The notes beneath the pieces were generated by a model. That model did not search any database. It was not told where the DNA came from and was given only the letters and a program-made list of their open reading frames with translations. From Minisyncoccota bacterium (GTDB lineage Bacteria; Patescibacteriota; Minisyncoccia; Phycocordibacterales; DASZYS01), in contig DASZYS010000016.1 in NCBI GenBank assembly GCA_035545295.1, positions 1-30,771 of the forward strand: a stretch of DNA of 30,771 nt, written 5' to 3'. The translations under genes were made by a program, and so were the position numbers. Shown piece by piece: positions 30,589 to 30,771 of the stretch (positions within the stretch are counted from its first letter, which is position 1; every line of letters starts with the position of its first letter).

Positions 30589-30771
30589 TTATTTTGCTGC
30601 GGTCTTGCGGGCGTTCAGCTCAGTGAGAATCTGGGCGATCTCCTTGCGGATTGCCCTGCCCTGCTTCACGTTGCGGGCCTTGCTGCCCGCGATATCGAAC
30701 CTGAAGGTGCGAAGGGCTTCGCGGCGCTCGGTGATGAGGCCCTTGAGTTCCTGTTCGGTTTTGTTCTTGAG
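30589..30771 (-). CDS. rpmC: 50S ribosomal protein L29 (5' truncated by window edge)
   Basis: LKNKTEQELKGLITERREALRTFRFDIAGSKARNVKQGRAIRKEIAQILTELNARKTAAK*, directly upstream of rpsQ. Confidence 0.93.
   Translation of the reverse strand, partial: LKNKTEQELKGLITERREALRTFRFDIAGSKARNVKQGRAIRKEIAQILTELNARKTAAK

Noticed and set aside
1-30771. CRISPR array, rRNA, integrase/transposase, reverse transcriptase/DGR or stop-codon recoding
   Set aside because: There are no regularly spaced repeat-spacer units, rRNA-like tracts or such enzyme motifs. Conserved genes read through intact under the standard code.

Overview
This window looks like a Patescibacteria (CPR, probably Parcubacteria-like) chromosome segment. 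The taxonomy is an inference from three things: no rpmD/uL30 between rpsE and rplO, a standard genetic code, and CPR-style secreted proteins. The left part holds the smpB 3' end, tmRNA, a roughly 6 kb accessory block (GIY-YIG, VanZ fusion, DNRLRE-M23 peptidase, PG-binding/IPT protein, TipA-like MerR) and a minus-strand tRNA cluster. The middle holds a thermonuclease, mltG, infC-rpmI-rplT, a beta-CASP RNase, a probable 6S RNA, ndk, a stand-alone VirD4/TraD-like ATPase, a 49-aa microprotein and a roughly 1785-aa orphan protein. The right part holds map, adk, an inverted archaeal-type cmk, secY and the spc/S10 ribosomal genes to rpmC. The most notable signals are absent from the ORF track. (1) A 71-nt tRNA-Pro(GGG) has perfect stems but an apparently co-varied D-loop/T-loop elbow (A54/U58, A18/G55). 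(2) A tRNA-Pro(CGG) is embedded in 20-bp inverted repeats. (3) There is a candidate 6S RNA. (4) The spc operon is split, with a new promoter and a structured leader before rpsN. (5) Several nested intergenic palindrome and heptamer repeat families occur. (6) Apparently leaderless genes are frequent. All family assignments come from motif recognition by eye. No database searches were run.
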